In this document: piece after piece, positions 31,527 through 46,099 of the stretch
Numbering within the stretch: position 1 is the first letter of the stretch
Layout of the letters: each line of letters opens with the position of its first letter
Origin: Podarcis pityusensis
Lineage: Eukaryota
Reading direction: 5' to 3' (one strand)
Length of the DNA: 64,000 bases
NCBI GenBank assembly: GCA_964106645.2
Contig: OZ067038.1
Notes under the pieces: generated by a model
Told to the model about the DNA's origin: nothing
The model's database searches: none
What the model saw: the letters and a program-made list of their open reading frames with translations, nothing else
Program-made: the position numbers and the translations under genes

Positions 31527-32831
31527 TATTGCCCTTGAGTGATCTAGACTTAGAATATAAAGTAGCTTTGGAAGTATTCCTGAAACGACCAAGGCATAAA
31601 CACAGTATTTGGCAAACACGGAATTTTAAAAATATGGTGGACTAGGAAGAAAAGCCAAGCTTCCATTGGGATCCCTCCCCCCACCTCAGCTTGTTGTTGC
31701 ATAAACACCATACCATGCTGGTGTTTATACTGTGAATGCTAAGTAATTGGAGCATGTGAGATTACCTTTGCTGGAATTAAAGATGACTACCAAAACTCAC
31801 AGTCACTAATAATATGTTCTTCATTTGTTCCGGAGGAGATTTATAGCCCCCCCCCCTTTTTTTTTGAGTCACACAGCAATAAATTTTTGTGCCTTCTCTA
31901 TACGTACATGGCTTTGAGACATAAGCTCAGCAGGACTAACAAATTCCTTAATTAAAACTAATCTAACAGTTTGTTTTTAAAGGCAATTAGAGTAAAAAAT
32001 CCTTCACTTTAGCTTCCTTCTTCAGAACAAGAGACATTCACTAAGTTCCGTTGTGCACAATAATCATTTCATTATCACCTCCCTGATTGTTCCTCCGGTT
32101 ACACTCTCTCATTATCCAACTTTTTAACTCTGCCCACTCCAGCAATCATTATGTATGCTAGCAAAAAGGAAAAGGAAAGGAAAGAGTAGATGCCCATGTG
32201 GTAAGGCTTGGCCCCTATAATAGTTTCTAAATCAGGATTATTATTTGGCTTCAGGAACGAAGAGATCACTGCTGTTGCACTGACAGTTAACTTTACCTAC
32301 CCACTGTTTAAAATTGCTTGCACATCTCAATTATAGAGTCTTGTAGTATTTATTCTTTTGGCTTGCTAAAGGTACAGATGCAAAATAGATACAGGAAAAG
32401 AAACATACTTTTGTCAACTCAGAATTCTGATGGCCCTAGTATGGTATCCAACATACTTCTATACTTTTCAAGACTGTTGAAAAGTATACACTGAATATAC
32501 TGTTTTACAGGCATATTTATAAAATTGATCAACAGGGCACCAACTACACATAAGGAGCTGCAAAGAAGGAATATCAAAACATTATCTATGTTCCATCCTT
32601 GTTATTTCAGAAGGAATAAAGATAATCTAAACAATGTCATCATTTTCAGGGGAAAGGAAATTTTAAAATGTGGTATCCAGTTCAGGAAACAGTGGGAAAT
32701 TTACAGTTAAATTAACACCAGTGTTATTTCCTTTTATATCTGAATCAGACTCATTAGAATAAGCAAAGGTAGTGCTAATCAACTCAACTAACCAAATGAA
32801 AGACGGATAATGTAACATTTATTTACATATA

Positions 32832-33137
32832 TACCTGAAGGAGCGTCTCCACCCCCATTGATCAGCTCAGACACTGAGGTCCAGCTCCAAAGGCCTTCTG
32901 GCGGTTCCCTCACTTCAAGAAGCAAAGCTACAGGGAACCAGGCAGAGGGCCTCAGTAGTGGCACCCGCCCTGTGGAACTCCCTCCCATCAGATGTCGAAG
33001 AGATAAACATCTGAAGGCAGCCCTGTTTAGGGAAGCTTTTAAAGTTTAATAGACTATTGTATTTTAATATTTTGTTGGAAGCCGCCCAGAGTGGCTGGGG
33101 AAACCCAGCCAGATGGGTGGGGTACAAATAATACATT

Positions 33138-33179
<42 letters not shown>

Positions 33180-33189
33180 ATTATTATTA
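32832..33189 (+). mobile_element. L2 LINE 3' end with (TTG)n/(TTA)n microsatellite tail
   Basis: YLKERLHP...TLRSSSKGLLAVPSL...TRQRA.SVVAPALWNSLPSDV...LKAALFREAF, then the 3' UTR gccgcccagagtggctggggaaacccagccagatggg and a simple-repeat tail. Confidence 0.85.
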
Positions 33190-36100
33190 CCACCTTTCTG
33201 GCTCTGAATTCTCAAACTGTATTTTTCCCAGTGAACAATTCCTACAGATATGACATATTCCACCTAGTGACAAAGAAGGAGTAGCAAATAAAGTGCCAAA
33301 TGATAAATCTGTGTCATAAAAAGATTACGGTATATGTTCTGAGCCTCCTTTATTACAATTGTAAATCCAATTTCTTAATTAGGCTGAATGTAAAACTTAA
33401 CAAATTTAACAGGCTGAACAAGCCGAGTATTTCATTTTCTCTGAGAACATAACATAAGCATGCATATGCTCATCTGTAGAATGGATATTTGCCTGAATTG
33501 GAAATATGACCGTAGGCAAATATATATGAAATATTGCTACGTACGAAATTCAGTGAATTGAAAATTGTATTGTACCCAATGAAGTAAGGGGGCATTAGTC
33601 CACTTGCAGTCTTCATTTCACATCCGATAGAATTTTCCATATTTGGTAAAAGTGAAAAGATATAGCACTGAAATATTCTAATAGCACTTCTTCCAGGTCC
33701 TCCTGCCCCCAGTTCTCGGAAGTGGGGATGTGGGGAAGAAGGGGCGTGTTAAAGAATAAAAGGAGTGCAGCTGCAAAGGAGGAGATAGGGAGCATGGGAG
33801 GGTGCTCAGTCAACTAGAGCAGGGAGTGGGCACCTATACCATGATCTCTATTTGCAAGGCAGTATAAATTCACCCAAATTCCAATCTGATTTAAAGCGGT
33901 CTTTCCAGTCTTCAAGGCAACCCACAAAGACAAAATTTAAAAACAATAAATCAAGAAAAAGACAAAAGACAAGAGTAGGAAAGTCCATAGATCTGATCCT
34001 AACAGTCAAAAACTGTACAGCAGCAAAATTAAACTAGCTCAAGCACTTTCTTAAAAAAACAAGTTTTGTGTGTTCACAAAAAAGTAGCAATACTGGCAGG
34101 TGAACCTGTTTGAAGAAGGCATTCCACAGCGTCTCTTCTATAGTCAAAAATGCCTCACCAACTTCAGACAAACGTCCCTGTACTTGCACTGAATGTCATT
34201 TTCTGGTTATTCCTTCTGAATATTGTACTGAACTTTACTCAAGCAGAATTTATGAGCAGCCAGAAGGAAAGACTGCAAAACCTAGATAGGACATCCACTC
34301 TCTTTCAAACAAAGAAACAAAAACCCAACTTTCTCAAAGTATGTGTGTGTTTTTGGGAGGGGTGTAACCAGCATTTGAGAGACCCCCAGATCCCAGACAC
34401 ATAGGGAAGAAGGCCCATTGCCTTGAAATAACGTTTTAAACATGCTAAAAACCTTCCACTTCCTGTCAAAAACATCAACTCCAAAGCTCCCATAATTCCA
34501 GTAGGGAATTATGGTTCTGAGCATGTTGCCCTGCTATAGCATTAAAAAAAAACAAGTAATCATGCAACTCTAAGTAAGGATTTAATTGAAACACATCAGA
34601 CAACCTACATTTTTATTTAAAAAGTCATATATTTTAGTACCATTTCGAGGTTTGCATCTCTCTCTCTCTGTTCTATAATTTTTCATGATGATCTCTTCTC
34701 CCCGCACCCCCCAGTGAATTACAACAACAATGAAAAGAATTACAAAATAAATATAGTATCAAAGAACAATATAACCACAAAATAAAAGCTGTAGAACCAG
34801 CAGATAAGCACCGTTAAATGAATTATATGCTCAATAAAATCCTACTGCTCCTAAAAATGATATAAAACATGATCAAGGGAGGATATGCTTTGACATAAAC
34901 CCAAATATAGCTCCCAGACACATATTTCCCACAAAAATATTTCTAAGCCAAGGTCATTACTTTGGGAGTGACTTTTTATTCTTCCTGCCCCCCAAAGGGA
35001 AAAAAACTTTAGATGAAGCAAAATCCCATTCTTAATATAAACTGGGATAAAATAGCTTGCTCTATAGGGAGGTACCATTTAATTTGTGAACACGTCTTTT
35101 GTCCTCAAAATATAGCACATCAAGACATACACACACCCCTCCAAAAAAAAGAAGAAAAGTAACTCGATTTCAGATTTAATCTCCAAATTCAGGGCAAAGG
35201 TATTTTGAAGAGCTAAGGTTTCATTATTTTAGCAACATACACTGAGTGTACGCTAGGAAATACACTTAGGGATTACATGCTAATCAGGAGAGTTGTATCT
35301 ATTTTTTTATTATTATTATTATTTATTAAATTTGCATATCACCCTTCATCCGCACTGATCAACATAAAGGCACAGCTCACACCCCATACCCTGGGATCCA
35401 GTATTTCACAGTGTCATCACATATGCAGAAAGTTTGCTTTTTACAAACTTGCAAAAAATAAAATACCAAAAAAAAATTTTAAAAATTAATATCTGTGTAG
35501 ATTTTCAACTTTTGATTGCAGCCAAAGCAGAAATGTGAAGTTTTTTGTAAACAGATTATGCAGGTATGGATAAAATCTGAAGTGGGGTAATGTACTAGTT
35601 AAGAGTGAGCAGTGAAATAGGAATTCTCCAGTTCAACGGACACCATAAGGATGAACTCACAGGTGGCCAAAGGCAGGCTCAAAAACATACAAATACTAAG
35701 TATTAGTACTTATTAAACAGCTGGGTGCTGCCTAATAGTGTGGAAGTAAACTGAACCGCAGGTTAAAATGGTAACTTGCGCACCCTACAAAATGCAACTG
35801 TTTCCAGTTTATATACAGGTAAAAATCTGTACTGGGAATCTACAGTTATCACTAGAGGTCAGGTCCTCATCATGAAGGTTGCTTCCCATGTGCATCAATA
35901 TCTGGAGTCCCACACTTCTTGCTCATACACTCATCTTCTGGCAAGAGTGACAGGAGAGCAGACCAGCCTCCCTAGCCTGGAGCTGGAGAAGGGCTGGGGA
36001 TCATTCCTGGAGCTGCTAAGTGCAACAGTGGAGAATATCCCTGCTCCAGGCTGGAGAGGATGTTTGGGCTGCTGCTACTGGTGCTAAAGCACTGAGCATT

Positions 36101-39042
36101 TTTGCTAAGGACAGGGTCCTCGAAACACAATTTTGGCTTGGCTACCAATGCTAGTCACGATTTCTGGACCTCTGTTTAACAGAGATGCCCAGAGTCAAAC
36201 ACATTCCCCAGCATTTCCAGATATTAAGTGCCTAGATTAGAACATACTAATCTTAAATTAAAGACCTATGACATAGATATATTTTTCATTGCATCTCACA
36301 AAGGGTCAGAAAAAGGCACTTCTCAGAAGGGTTATCTATAACCTTTAACCCCTTAGATTCTGCTTTTCTATAAAGCACAGCTTATTTATTTATCTATGGT
36401 TACACTTTCTACGAACACACATTATACAAAGGCCGCATTGCACACTTCAATCAGAAGATTCATGATTTCATATCCCAAAGCGCTTGAGAATGAAATGGTA
36501 CAACAGCAAGCTGCCTGTTTTTTAATTTAGACAATGAAGTTACTAATGCAATTATATATTTGGTAGAAGCCTCAAGGCAGTCAGAACAGCTATCCAATTA
36601 CCCAATTCAGAGAGATGACTTTTCCTTCAAACAAATCCACTTCTATGAAATTTTGCCCTACCAATAGCTTTTTGTTTCATTTGAAGAAGGTCATGGAAAA
36701 GGCCATTATCTTCTACTGGCAATGGGGGTTTAATTTATATGTTACCAACATAAGGACCATCCCATTTTAACCAAAAACTGAGACAGCAAGAGCACTGTTC
36801 AATTACTAGTTCTAAAACTTTACCAATGCTGAGAGTGTTTTATAACTCCACCTATGTTTCGATTATTACGATATGCTACTCTCTGCAGAAGCTTCCATCA
36901 GCAGTGCAAAGAGCAAGAGCAACAGAGGAAGCTCTGTCCAGCTTTCAGATAGACAAACAACTACTCAAGATTTTGTACATGCAATAGCTGGCAGCAAAGT
37001 TCCATCCAGTATACCCAGGAGAAGGTAAAATGAAAGAGGAAGGAGGAACTGAAGGAGGGAAGTTATAGAATAACAGCCCACTCATATGGCAAAGTAGAAG
37101 AGGGATAAGAAGAAGTGAAAATAAGAGGAATAAGCCAACTGAGTAAAAAGTGAGAAACAGTCATTACACTTTTGGATCTATATGATAGTCACAAGAATTA
37201 AATAAAGTCCAAATCTGCTCACCTTCTTCATAAGCCCTCAGGGGTTGTATGCTGTGTTCTATCAGGTCTTTAACCTTGGGAAACTTTGGGGACTGTCTTC
37301 TCTTGAAAATTGGGAATTGAAAAGCCCAAGTGTATGTTCTGCTCAATATGGATTACTTTTTATCTTGGTCTATGTCAGGAACCCCACATCAAAGTGAATG
37401 TGGTCATTGAGTGAAAGTGACGAGAACCACAGCTCTTATAATTGCCTTCCAAAAGACTTTACCATCAACTATTATCAACTATTTTAAAATACTTTTATTC
37501 AGCACCCCAAGATGCTGATGTGCCCCCATGACCCCCAAGATTTGTCATTAATTTCTTTTTATTTCTTTTTAAATTTGAGGGGTTTTTAGTATTGACTGCT
37601 CCAGTGGGTCTCCTGCTGTAATACCATGATGCCAAAAGTTTCACTTTGTTTGTGTGGTCCTCAAGCTACCCCCCACCCGCCTTTAAAAACTTTAAAAAAA
37701 TCTTGTGGGTTTTTTGTTTTTGTTTAAATTGCTGCTCCTTTAGGTACCATGCAGTAGTACCAAATGGTTTTTGTGACCCCCACCAAGACCCTCCCAAAAT
37801 TTCTCCTATTAAAAATATGTATTATTATTTTTTCTGAATTTAATGATGAATCTTATTTATTGACTCAAACATATATACTGCTTGGTTGTAATAGAACCTC
37901 AAAGTGGTTTTAAATTGCTTAGGAACATAAGTGCTTCCTACAGCAAATAGGTAAAATGCAACTAAGAACTATGACCCAATCAGGGTTACCAAATGAATTA
38001 CATGAGGGCTTAAATGGCCAGACATAGAAATGTGTTAGATCAGATATTCAGAAAGTTTCTTTCTTCTGACATGCTTAGCTCTCAAATGCTTCTAAGGAGG
38101 ACAAAGTACTTGGTAGAGAACAGTTAGGATGTATTTTAAGAAACACATTTTTTCCCCTTTTGATTTCAACCAAATGTGCTTTTTCATAAGTGCACTGAAG
38201 AAAGAAGAACGTCTCATAATTTGGTCAGGTAGACACAGGAATCCAGTGTAAAGAGAATCATTCCAAAATCAGCCATAAAATAAGTTCATAAGAAACTGCA
38301 GAGGGTTTCATAATGAATGACATGCAAAGGAATACACACACACTGCTCAGCTCTCCCAGCACTAGTAAAGAGACTTATTTTAGATGAACAAGCCCCTTGT
38401 GAAAGATTATTCCCCTGCCCACCACAGTGTCTAGTAAAGCTGTGGGAAACAAATGACCTCCGAGCCACAGTGCCGTGTATAACTCCAAAAGAAAAGGAGA
38501 GGGGGCGAGGGGGGTTGCAGGAAGAGCATAATCTAAGCTGTACTGTCTTCCAATGGTAGCCCTACTGTGCGGTCTCTGGGCACAGCAAAACATGTTGTTT
38601 ATGCCATAAAATGTCAAAATATAGCCTAGACAGCAATAAGATTCCACTGATGGTTTCTGAGAATATATGGCACAGTATTCTGACATTTCAACTGGAACTG
38701 CTCTCTGAACCTGCCCAGCTCACATTTCAGTGCTAGGAAAACACATCACCCCATCCCAGCTTTCAATTATCTACATACCACATAATTAAGAGATAAGGCT
38801 AGGAATAAAATCTTAATGATAAACTGGCCTTTCATTTAAAGAAGGCACTTTCCTATCAATATGCAATAGTGCAAATGTTTGCCTATTTCTGAATGGAGGA
38901 TGAATCTATGATCCTTCCAAAAACTTAATTGCTACAGAATAATTCAGTATAGGCTTGCACAGAATGTGACTATAATACATGAGAAATGAAAGGAACAAAT
39001 GAACACTATAAATTAACACAACTATAATTAAGCACTTTTAAG

Positions 39043-39655
39043 ACACAAGAGCTACCCACACTGGAGGAATGGCAGATGAAAATGATGGACTACATGGAAT
39101 TGGCGGAAATGACTGGCAGAATCCGTGACCAGGGAGAAGAGTTGGTGGAAGAAGATTGGAAGAAATTTAAAGATTATTTACAGAAACATTGCAAAATTAA
39201 TGAATGTTAGAGTGATGATGGATTGAAGTTAAGTGGCTCCTAGCTGTACAGGTTTTAAAGCTATAAATATATCAAGATTAAGGATTAGGATCAAAAAGGT
39301 TAAGAGAAATGGAAAAATTGGTTCTAAATAGGTAAAAATCTAATGTCATAATATATTAAGATTTAGGATTGGAATTAAAAAGGAGGGAAAGAAATTGCTG
39401 GGCTTACAAACTGAATTGGAATACAAAAGAGGGAGGTATGAGGAAGTCCGGGAAACAAGTAAATGTAAAAGAAGTTATGAAAAGACGGAACTATTTTTAA
39501 CTGTTTTTTTCTTTTTTTCCCTTTTTTTCCTTTTTTCTATTTTGTATTTTGTATGGTGTATTTTTCTCTGTTTTTGTTAAAAAATTTCTTGTTTATTAAT
39601 GTGATTTTATTATTTCTGAAACCTTAATAAATATTAATTTTTATATATATATATA
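39043..39655 (+). mobile_element. Short 3' fragment of the same L1 family
   Basis: TQELPTLEEWQMKMMDYMELAEMTGRIRDQGEE...CKINEC* is nearly identical to the C-terminus of the 19.6-22.5 kb L1. AATAAA then a (TA)n tail; TSD of about TATAATTAAGCACTTTTAAG at 39023-39042 and 39656-39675. Confidence 0.9.
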
Positions 39656-42600
39656 TATAATTAAGCACTTTTAAGCCCTATCACTTTTACTGGTGAATAA
39701 AGCATGTGCATGTCCTATGGAAGAATGAAGCATTTCTCCAGCTGATAGTAGTATTTAAAAGAGTTTAACTTTGACTGCATCATGAACCAAGTTTTTTAAG
39801 GAATGCCATAGCAAATATTGGAGTAAATCTAGTAAATTTTGTTTATTCATTCATTCCCTGCTTTTCTATATTAACATGTAAAATAAAATCCATCCAGTGG
39901 GTAAGAAGTGAGACACCTTTCTGCAATGGGACAAGGAAGACAACAAAGACATGATCAGCTCTATTCACAGGAAACTGGTTGAATATCTATCTATATTTGC
40001 TTCTATAGCATGTTCAGGAAAAAAGAGACTATTTACTGCACTTTAAATTATGGTTGGGAATAATGGCTCATATTTATATTATATACATAAAGGAGGATCA
40101 AAATACACATTTTGGTAGAATTACACTGAATAGTCCAAAACATTAGTTCACAATAAACAAGGGGCTCAAGCACCGAGGACATCTGAAATACAGAAATAAA
40201 ACACCCAAAAGTCCACAGGAGATTCAGGATGTGGCCTTGGAAAAATGAAGTGACTGATGGGGAGCCTGTCACTTAAGCTAATACAAAAGATTTCATTCAT
40301 GAGGCAAATTCTTCACAAAACTTCAGTAATCCATATTACACACTTGATACATTCTGAAGACCATCCTGCCACTTCCCAGTGCTGGCAAAACAAACCTCTC
40401 CACAGAAAGAGCACATTCTGTGGTTTAAAAGCTTTAGAGAGCCACAATATCCAGCTTCCTCAAGAAGCATTCTCCATAAGGTTAGCTGGCGGTGTTTGTT
40501 CCTTGAGGAAGTTGTGTGCTGTGGCTCTCAGGACTCTGAGAAACTATTCAACCGCTGAACTGAATGTGTGTGAACTGATGAAGAGTGCTCTTGAGGAAGC
40601 CGGGCACTGAGGCTCTCAGGGTTTTAAAGTGAAAAGTATACAACTCTTAAAACCTTCTGGGCACATTTTCCTCTCTCACTGGAACTTTTTACTCCTTCAC
40701 CACTGTTTTCGCCAATCATGAGTAGAAGTGTAATAAACATCCTACAGAGGCTGTACGCGTTAAAACCTGAAACCAATTCTAGCTCCAAATCTTTCTTTTT
40801 TAAGAGAGAGAAATTAACATCATGTGGTTGCAAATCCCGTATTTGGGGATTCTAAGCATTTTAACACAGATGGTAACACGCCAATAAACTATTCACTATT
40901 TTGCATGTAAGACATTTGAAGGGTGAGGAGGCAGAAAAACAGATCTGGAGTTGTGGGTAGTGGTAGTAGTTGCATAGTGTAAAGATGCCTGGGTTACAAG
41001 AGAAAGGAAAGATTCTCCTGGGGTCATACAGTAACTACTATTTACCTTATTGGATAGAGAGGCTCCTCTGGGCCACACAAGCTGTGAAGAGCTGAGCTGC
41101 TTCCTGCTTATTGCTACGTAGCAGCACAGGACCCAAGGAGTTCAGCAGCCTCTTGAGAGGACTTCATCAGGAAACCACAAGCAAAGGGAGATCTTTGTAG
41201 AACTTAAGAGATGGGCAAAAGTTACTAAGGGAGGTTAGAGAGGCAATGGGGCATTTGATGAAGTGGGTAGAATGCCCAGGGAGTTGGGAAGCAGAACTTT
41301 CACTGGCGCCTCAGTACATCCACCACCAAGCCTAGGCAGGGTCAGGGCCCAAGTTGAGGGGCAAGTGGCTTCAAACAGACTATCATAACCAAAGTCAGAT
41401 TTTTTTGAGGGGGGGGGGGATTCAAAATATACTGTAGTCCACAAAGGCTTGAAATGGTCCACATGTTGTGAAGGTTTAACTGAACTGATACTTGCCGGAT
41501 TGGGTAAATTATCAATTACAAGAAATGACCATTTTGCGTGCCACCAAGGCACGCACTCGTGCCACTTTCGTCCTTGGAAGGGGGCAGAATGGGCTTATGC
41601 GTGACTGCTGGTGTGCGCACTGAGACGGAAAGCAATCCCCGCGCAAACACGGATTTGCCTGTAGCAGATTACTGTAAAATAAAACTGTATTGATTGAGCT
41701 TTGAATAGCTGCTTGATTTCTAGCTATCGATCAATTAACCGATTATGTGCATCTATGTAATTGAGAATGGTTCATTGACTCTCACCAATTGTTGAACTGA
41801 GTAAAGCAGTCAGGAAAAGTAAGGGGATGGAAGGAAATCAGTTCATTTCTCAAGGGAGTGGAGGAAAGAGGGGACAAATACCCATTATCATCACACAGAA
41901 ATAGTTCAGAGACTTCCAAATCAATGGCGATAAACCAGAGCCTAGATCAGACCAGTTTTCTACATGGCATCCTTCCCAAATGAGGAATTTCATTTTAACC
42001 AGCACATGATAATCCCTGCATATCAAACTACAGTATAATATTTTTAGAAAATAAAGCTGAAGCAATTCCCTAGTGATTCAAGTAAATGGAGAGAGAAAAA
42101 TAACCTCAGAAATGGGACAAACAGTAATTATACACAACCTAAAAAAGAAACTGCCAGCCCACAAACTAAACAGGAAAAGAGTAAAATGCCTGATATTCAG
42201 ACACTAGAAAAGTACTGTAGCTGGGTATTTTCTTCTTTGGAGAGTGAGTGTGTGTCACACAAGGTTCTAGGATACACCATTAAGAGCAATATTCTAGGTA
42301 CCTTAGAAAAAACAAATGTGCAAATACATAAATAAAATTAGCTTGCCTCCCTTCTTTTCAGCTTTCCCCTAAAACAACAGAGGGGAACCTCTGGCCCACA
42401 GACCTATTTAGGCCCACCCAGTGGCAGAAGTCCTTTGGCTCCTGAGATTGTTTTCCGCAAGCGACGCCCACCTGATGTCTTATATGATGTCAAGTGTGGG
42501 GCAGGTAAACATGTGGCTCCCTGCTGCGAGTGACACAATCACTCTCAAGTACCCTCTCCCATTGAACAGAGCTCATTTGCTTCCTTGCTTTTTACCAGAG

Positions 42601-44268
42601 TGCTGGAGCAGTGTGGGATACATGAACACAAGCCACATGCATCTGACTCAACACAAGCAAGAGCTATTTTTTCGAGCCTACTCTATGGTGGTGGTGATGG
42701 TAAAGAAGAAATACTTTGGGGGCTACAAGAGAAACTGGGAGGATCATGCTGCCTGGTACATCTCCCAGCACATGTAATCCACCTATGGTTTTTGCAATTA
42801 ACAAAAAAATTAACAAAACCTTTTTAACCAGAGACAACAATGGGAAAAGGCAACTAAACAATTCACCTACAATATCACCTTTAAGTCTCTTAAAAACTGC
42901 TGTCTCTCAACAGGCTGTGAGTGGGTGGGTGGTGCTAAGCTCATTCTTTTCCATCTACTTGTAAAATGAAAGAGTTCAGATAGCAATCTACTCCCCCTCA
43001 TTGCACTTAGAGGGCCAAACTACACATTACATTATTGCATTTAACATGAATATCTTTAAAAACAAAATTGCAGACTTGGGGGAGAGGGGAGAACCAAGAC
43101 TGGGACGATGACAGCCAGAATTTAACCTTTTCCCCAGCTTTCCCCAGTTTTTGATAGCCCCTCCCTAAAGTCCCTATTTGTATTGAGAGATAAAAGCTTC
43201 CATTGGTATCCAGTATCTTCTGACAAAGCTCAGACAAAGTGCTAATTCGACTTAGTTATAGCTTTCTCACAGCAACAAAAAAGAATATGCAAAGGGAAAC
43301 TTTAAATTCTCTGCAAGGCATATTTGCCAATGTATACCTCCTGTTAATATTTTAAAATAGCATGTTAGGGTTTATTGACTGAATTAAAAAACATGGAGTC
43401 AGGAAAGTAATTTGCTACACTGTTTTATGAATGTTGAGATAAAAAGCAATAAAAATGTATCTATACTTAAGCTGCAGTGGAAAGAAAAGAAATGAATTCA
43501 GAAAAGGCAAAAGCATTTTATTTTATTCAGAACCTAATACATCCCTCAGTGAATTGTCCAAGTTCAACAGAGTGACAGTCTGTTACAGGGACTAAGGAAG
43601 GTATTTGAAGCAGCTTACTGTAATAGCAATTTGGTACATAATATGAGCTCTGTTGCTGAGGTCAGCACAAATTGATTTTAAAAGAGACAGTTTAAGCCTG
43701 ACTGATCCTGCATTCCTACCTTACCCAAATCTGTCTGCTGAAGTTGAGAAATATATAAGTAAGACTACAGTCTCTGCCTGGCTTATAGCTATGTCTATGA
43801 AATGCCAAATTAATGGTTCGCTCTCCTATATTCATACTGAAGGATAACCCGGACTTTGGAAAAACAATGTGAGACATGTTTATTGCTTAAGTGATATCTA
43901 GAGCAGGGAAGAAAACATTTGTCATTTTATCAATGAGCTATTATAAATCTGCTCCCAAAAGTCATATAAAGTAAATCCAAGATTACAGACGGGTTCTGGA
44001 AAATGTAGCAGACTGGAACTGCAGGACCTTCAGTTGAAAAGTTTCTTTTAAAGTGACCAAAATGTGATTAGAATGTATTTTATGTTTAATAGAACGGCTA
44101 CTTTTGTGCAAAAGTTTCTTCAGTTCCATCTACATTCTAAAACACATTTAACAATGGTACACAGGGTTTCCTTCTAAACAGATACAAGAAAAAACAATAA
44201 TGTGCACATTTCAAGTGCAATTTAGGGCCACCTAAACTGGGGGGGGGGAGGGCTCTATAGGGGTATAA

Positions 44269-44630
44269 GGCAAAGGTAAAGGTACCCCTGCCTGTATGGG
44301 CCAGTCGTGTCCGACTCTAGGGTTGCGCGCTCATCTCACTTAAGAGGCCCGGAGCCAGCGCTGTCCGAAGACCCTTCCGGGTCACGTGGCCAGCGTGACG
44401 AAGCTGCTCTGTCGAGCCAGCACCAGCGCAGCACACGGAAACGCCGTTTAGCTTCCCGCTATAAAGCGGTACCTATTTATCTACTTGCACTCAGGAATGC
44501 TTTCGAACTACTAGGTGGGCAGGAGCTGGGACCGAACGACGGGAGCTCACCCCGCCGCGGGGATTCAAACCGCCAACCATACGATCGGCAAGTCCTAGGC
44601 ACTGAGGTTTTACCCACAGTGCCACCCGCG
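44269..44630 (-). mobile_element. Sauria SINE, full length
   Basis: tRNA-like head on the minus strand, (ACCTTT)n tail, CpG-rich body; ~15-bp TSD TCTA(T/C)AGGGGTATAA at 44254-44268 and 44631-44645. Confidence 0.9.
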
Positions 44631-46099
44631 TCTACAGGGGTATAAACGAGCATAAAAACTGTCTTATTTTCTGTGCAGGTATTGGGAGCCTACTGGCAAG
44701 TGTCACACACACCCCCCCGCACTCACTTACAAGAAAAAGGTGATATGTGAAGCACCTCTTAGTTCACAATCACGAGGCAATGGAAAATTCAGCACTGCAT
44801 CATTCCATCTAGCAACCCTCAATTTCAAAGAAGGGAGGAGGGGCAGAAACCATACTATCTACATTGCAATGCCTCCTGGGTATCATCATACTGGTCATGT
44901 CAGAACACAGTTTGCAGCAGATTCTATAATCCACAGTGGAAGGCAGTTCTAGGGCTTGAGTTTATCCAGCATTAACAAGCCCTAATAGTCTAGTTCTGCT
45001 CAGACATAACAAACGGAAATGTCTTTAAATTATCCTTCCCCTGAGACATGATTTCATAAGAGAACAAACTCTATATATGTATGGAGAAATTTCCAGTGTA
45101 AACATGTGGTGGATTCTAAAAGCTGCAGCCGGAGTTAGGATATGGATATGCCAAATGCTGAGTGCAAGATAAAATTTCAAAGTGACTGATTTCTTTCTAA
45201 CTCACAGCATGTACTTGGAAGTCTGAGGAACACATGGAAGGTGCTTTTGAACCAGGGCAGAATCAGCTCCATTTCTTACTTTTCCCCATACATGCAATGG
45301 ATGAGCTACAGAAGCTGCCAATCTAACAGGTCATTCACCAATGGCCTCAAACTCATATCCACACCCTACAACTGTGCTTCGGAATTAAGCACAAATTGCT
45401 CTTGTGGGCTGATTTGGTTACTTCTGTCTAGTCGTAGCAGAGGCAGTGCACATTCACGCTCTTGACATGATAAAGGAAAAGTGAATTCACACCTAATTGA
45501 AAGGCCCAGCCTCTGTATTTTACATCTTAGGACTACTACTTGAAACCAGTTACCCTGAAATGTGGCTTTATATATGCCACAGATCACATTAAAGAAGAAA
45601 AAACAAGGAAACGTGAGTTTTATGTAAATCCTCAAATATGTATTTTAACCCCCCAGAAACCAAAAGCTTCTCAAGCTCTACTGGTACTAATGCAAATCCA
45701 GATGTGTGCATGTCTTTAAAGATCCATACTTGTTTCCTACTTGTTCAGTCATTTGTTCATTAAAAAATCCTAATAGCAGGTAACTCTGCCATTCAAACAC
45801 AAAAATAGTATGACCGTCCTGTCTCACACTCAACACATACACATACCCACACATAACCCCCCCCCCAACAGGCTTTTATGTATAAGTAAGAAATATTTTT
45901 ATTCAGGAGGTAACACTATAGGCTTGGCAGGAGACACAAGAGTTCAAGAGTAACAGGTCAGGAGTACAGGAATCAGGCGAGATGTTCAGAAATGGATGAA
46001 AGAAGTGAAGATCTCCCAACAGTTTCCACATCACGCCCACCAAGCTTTTAAAGACAACATGTGGTACTCACTCATGAGTCTTGCTTTGTGAGAATGCTG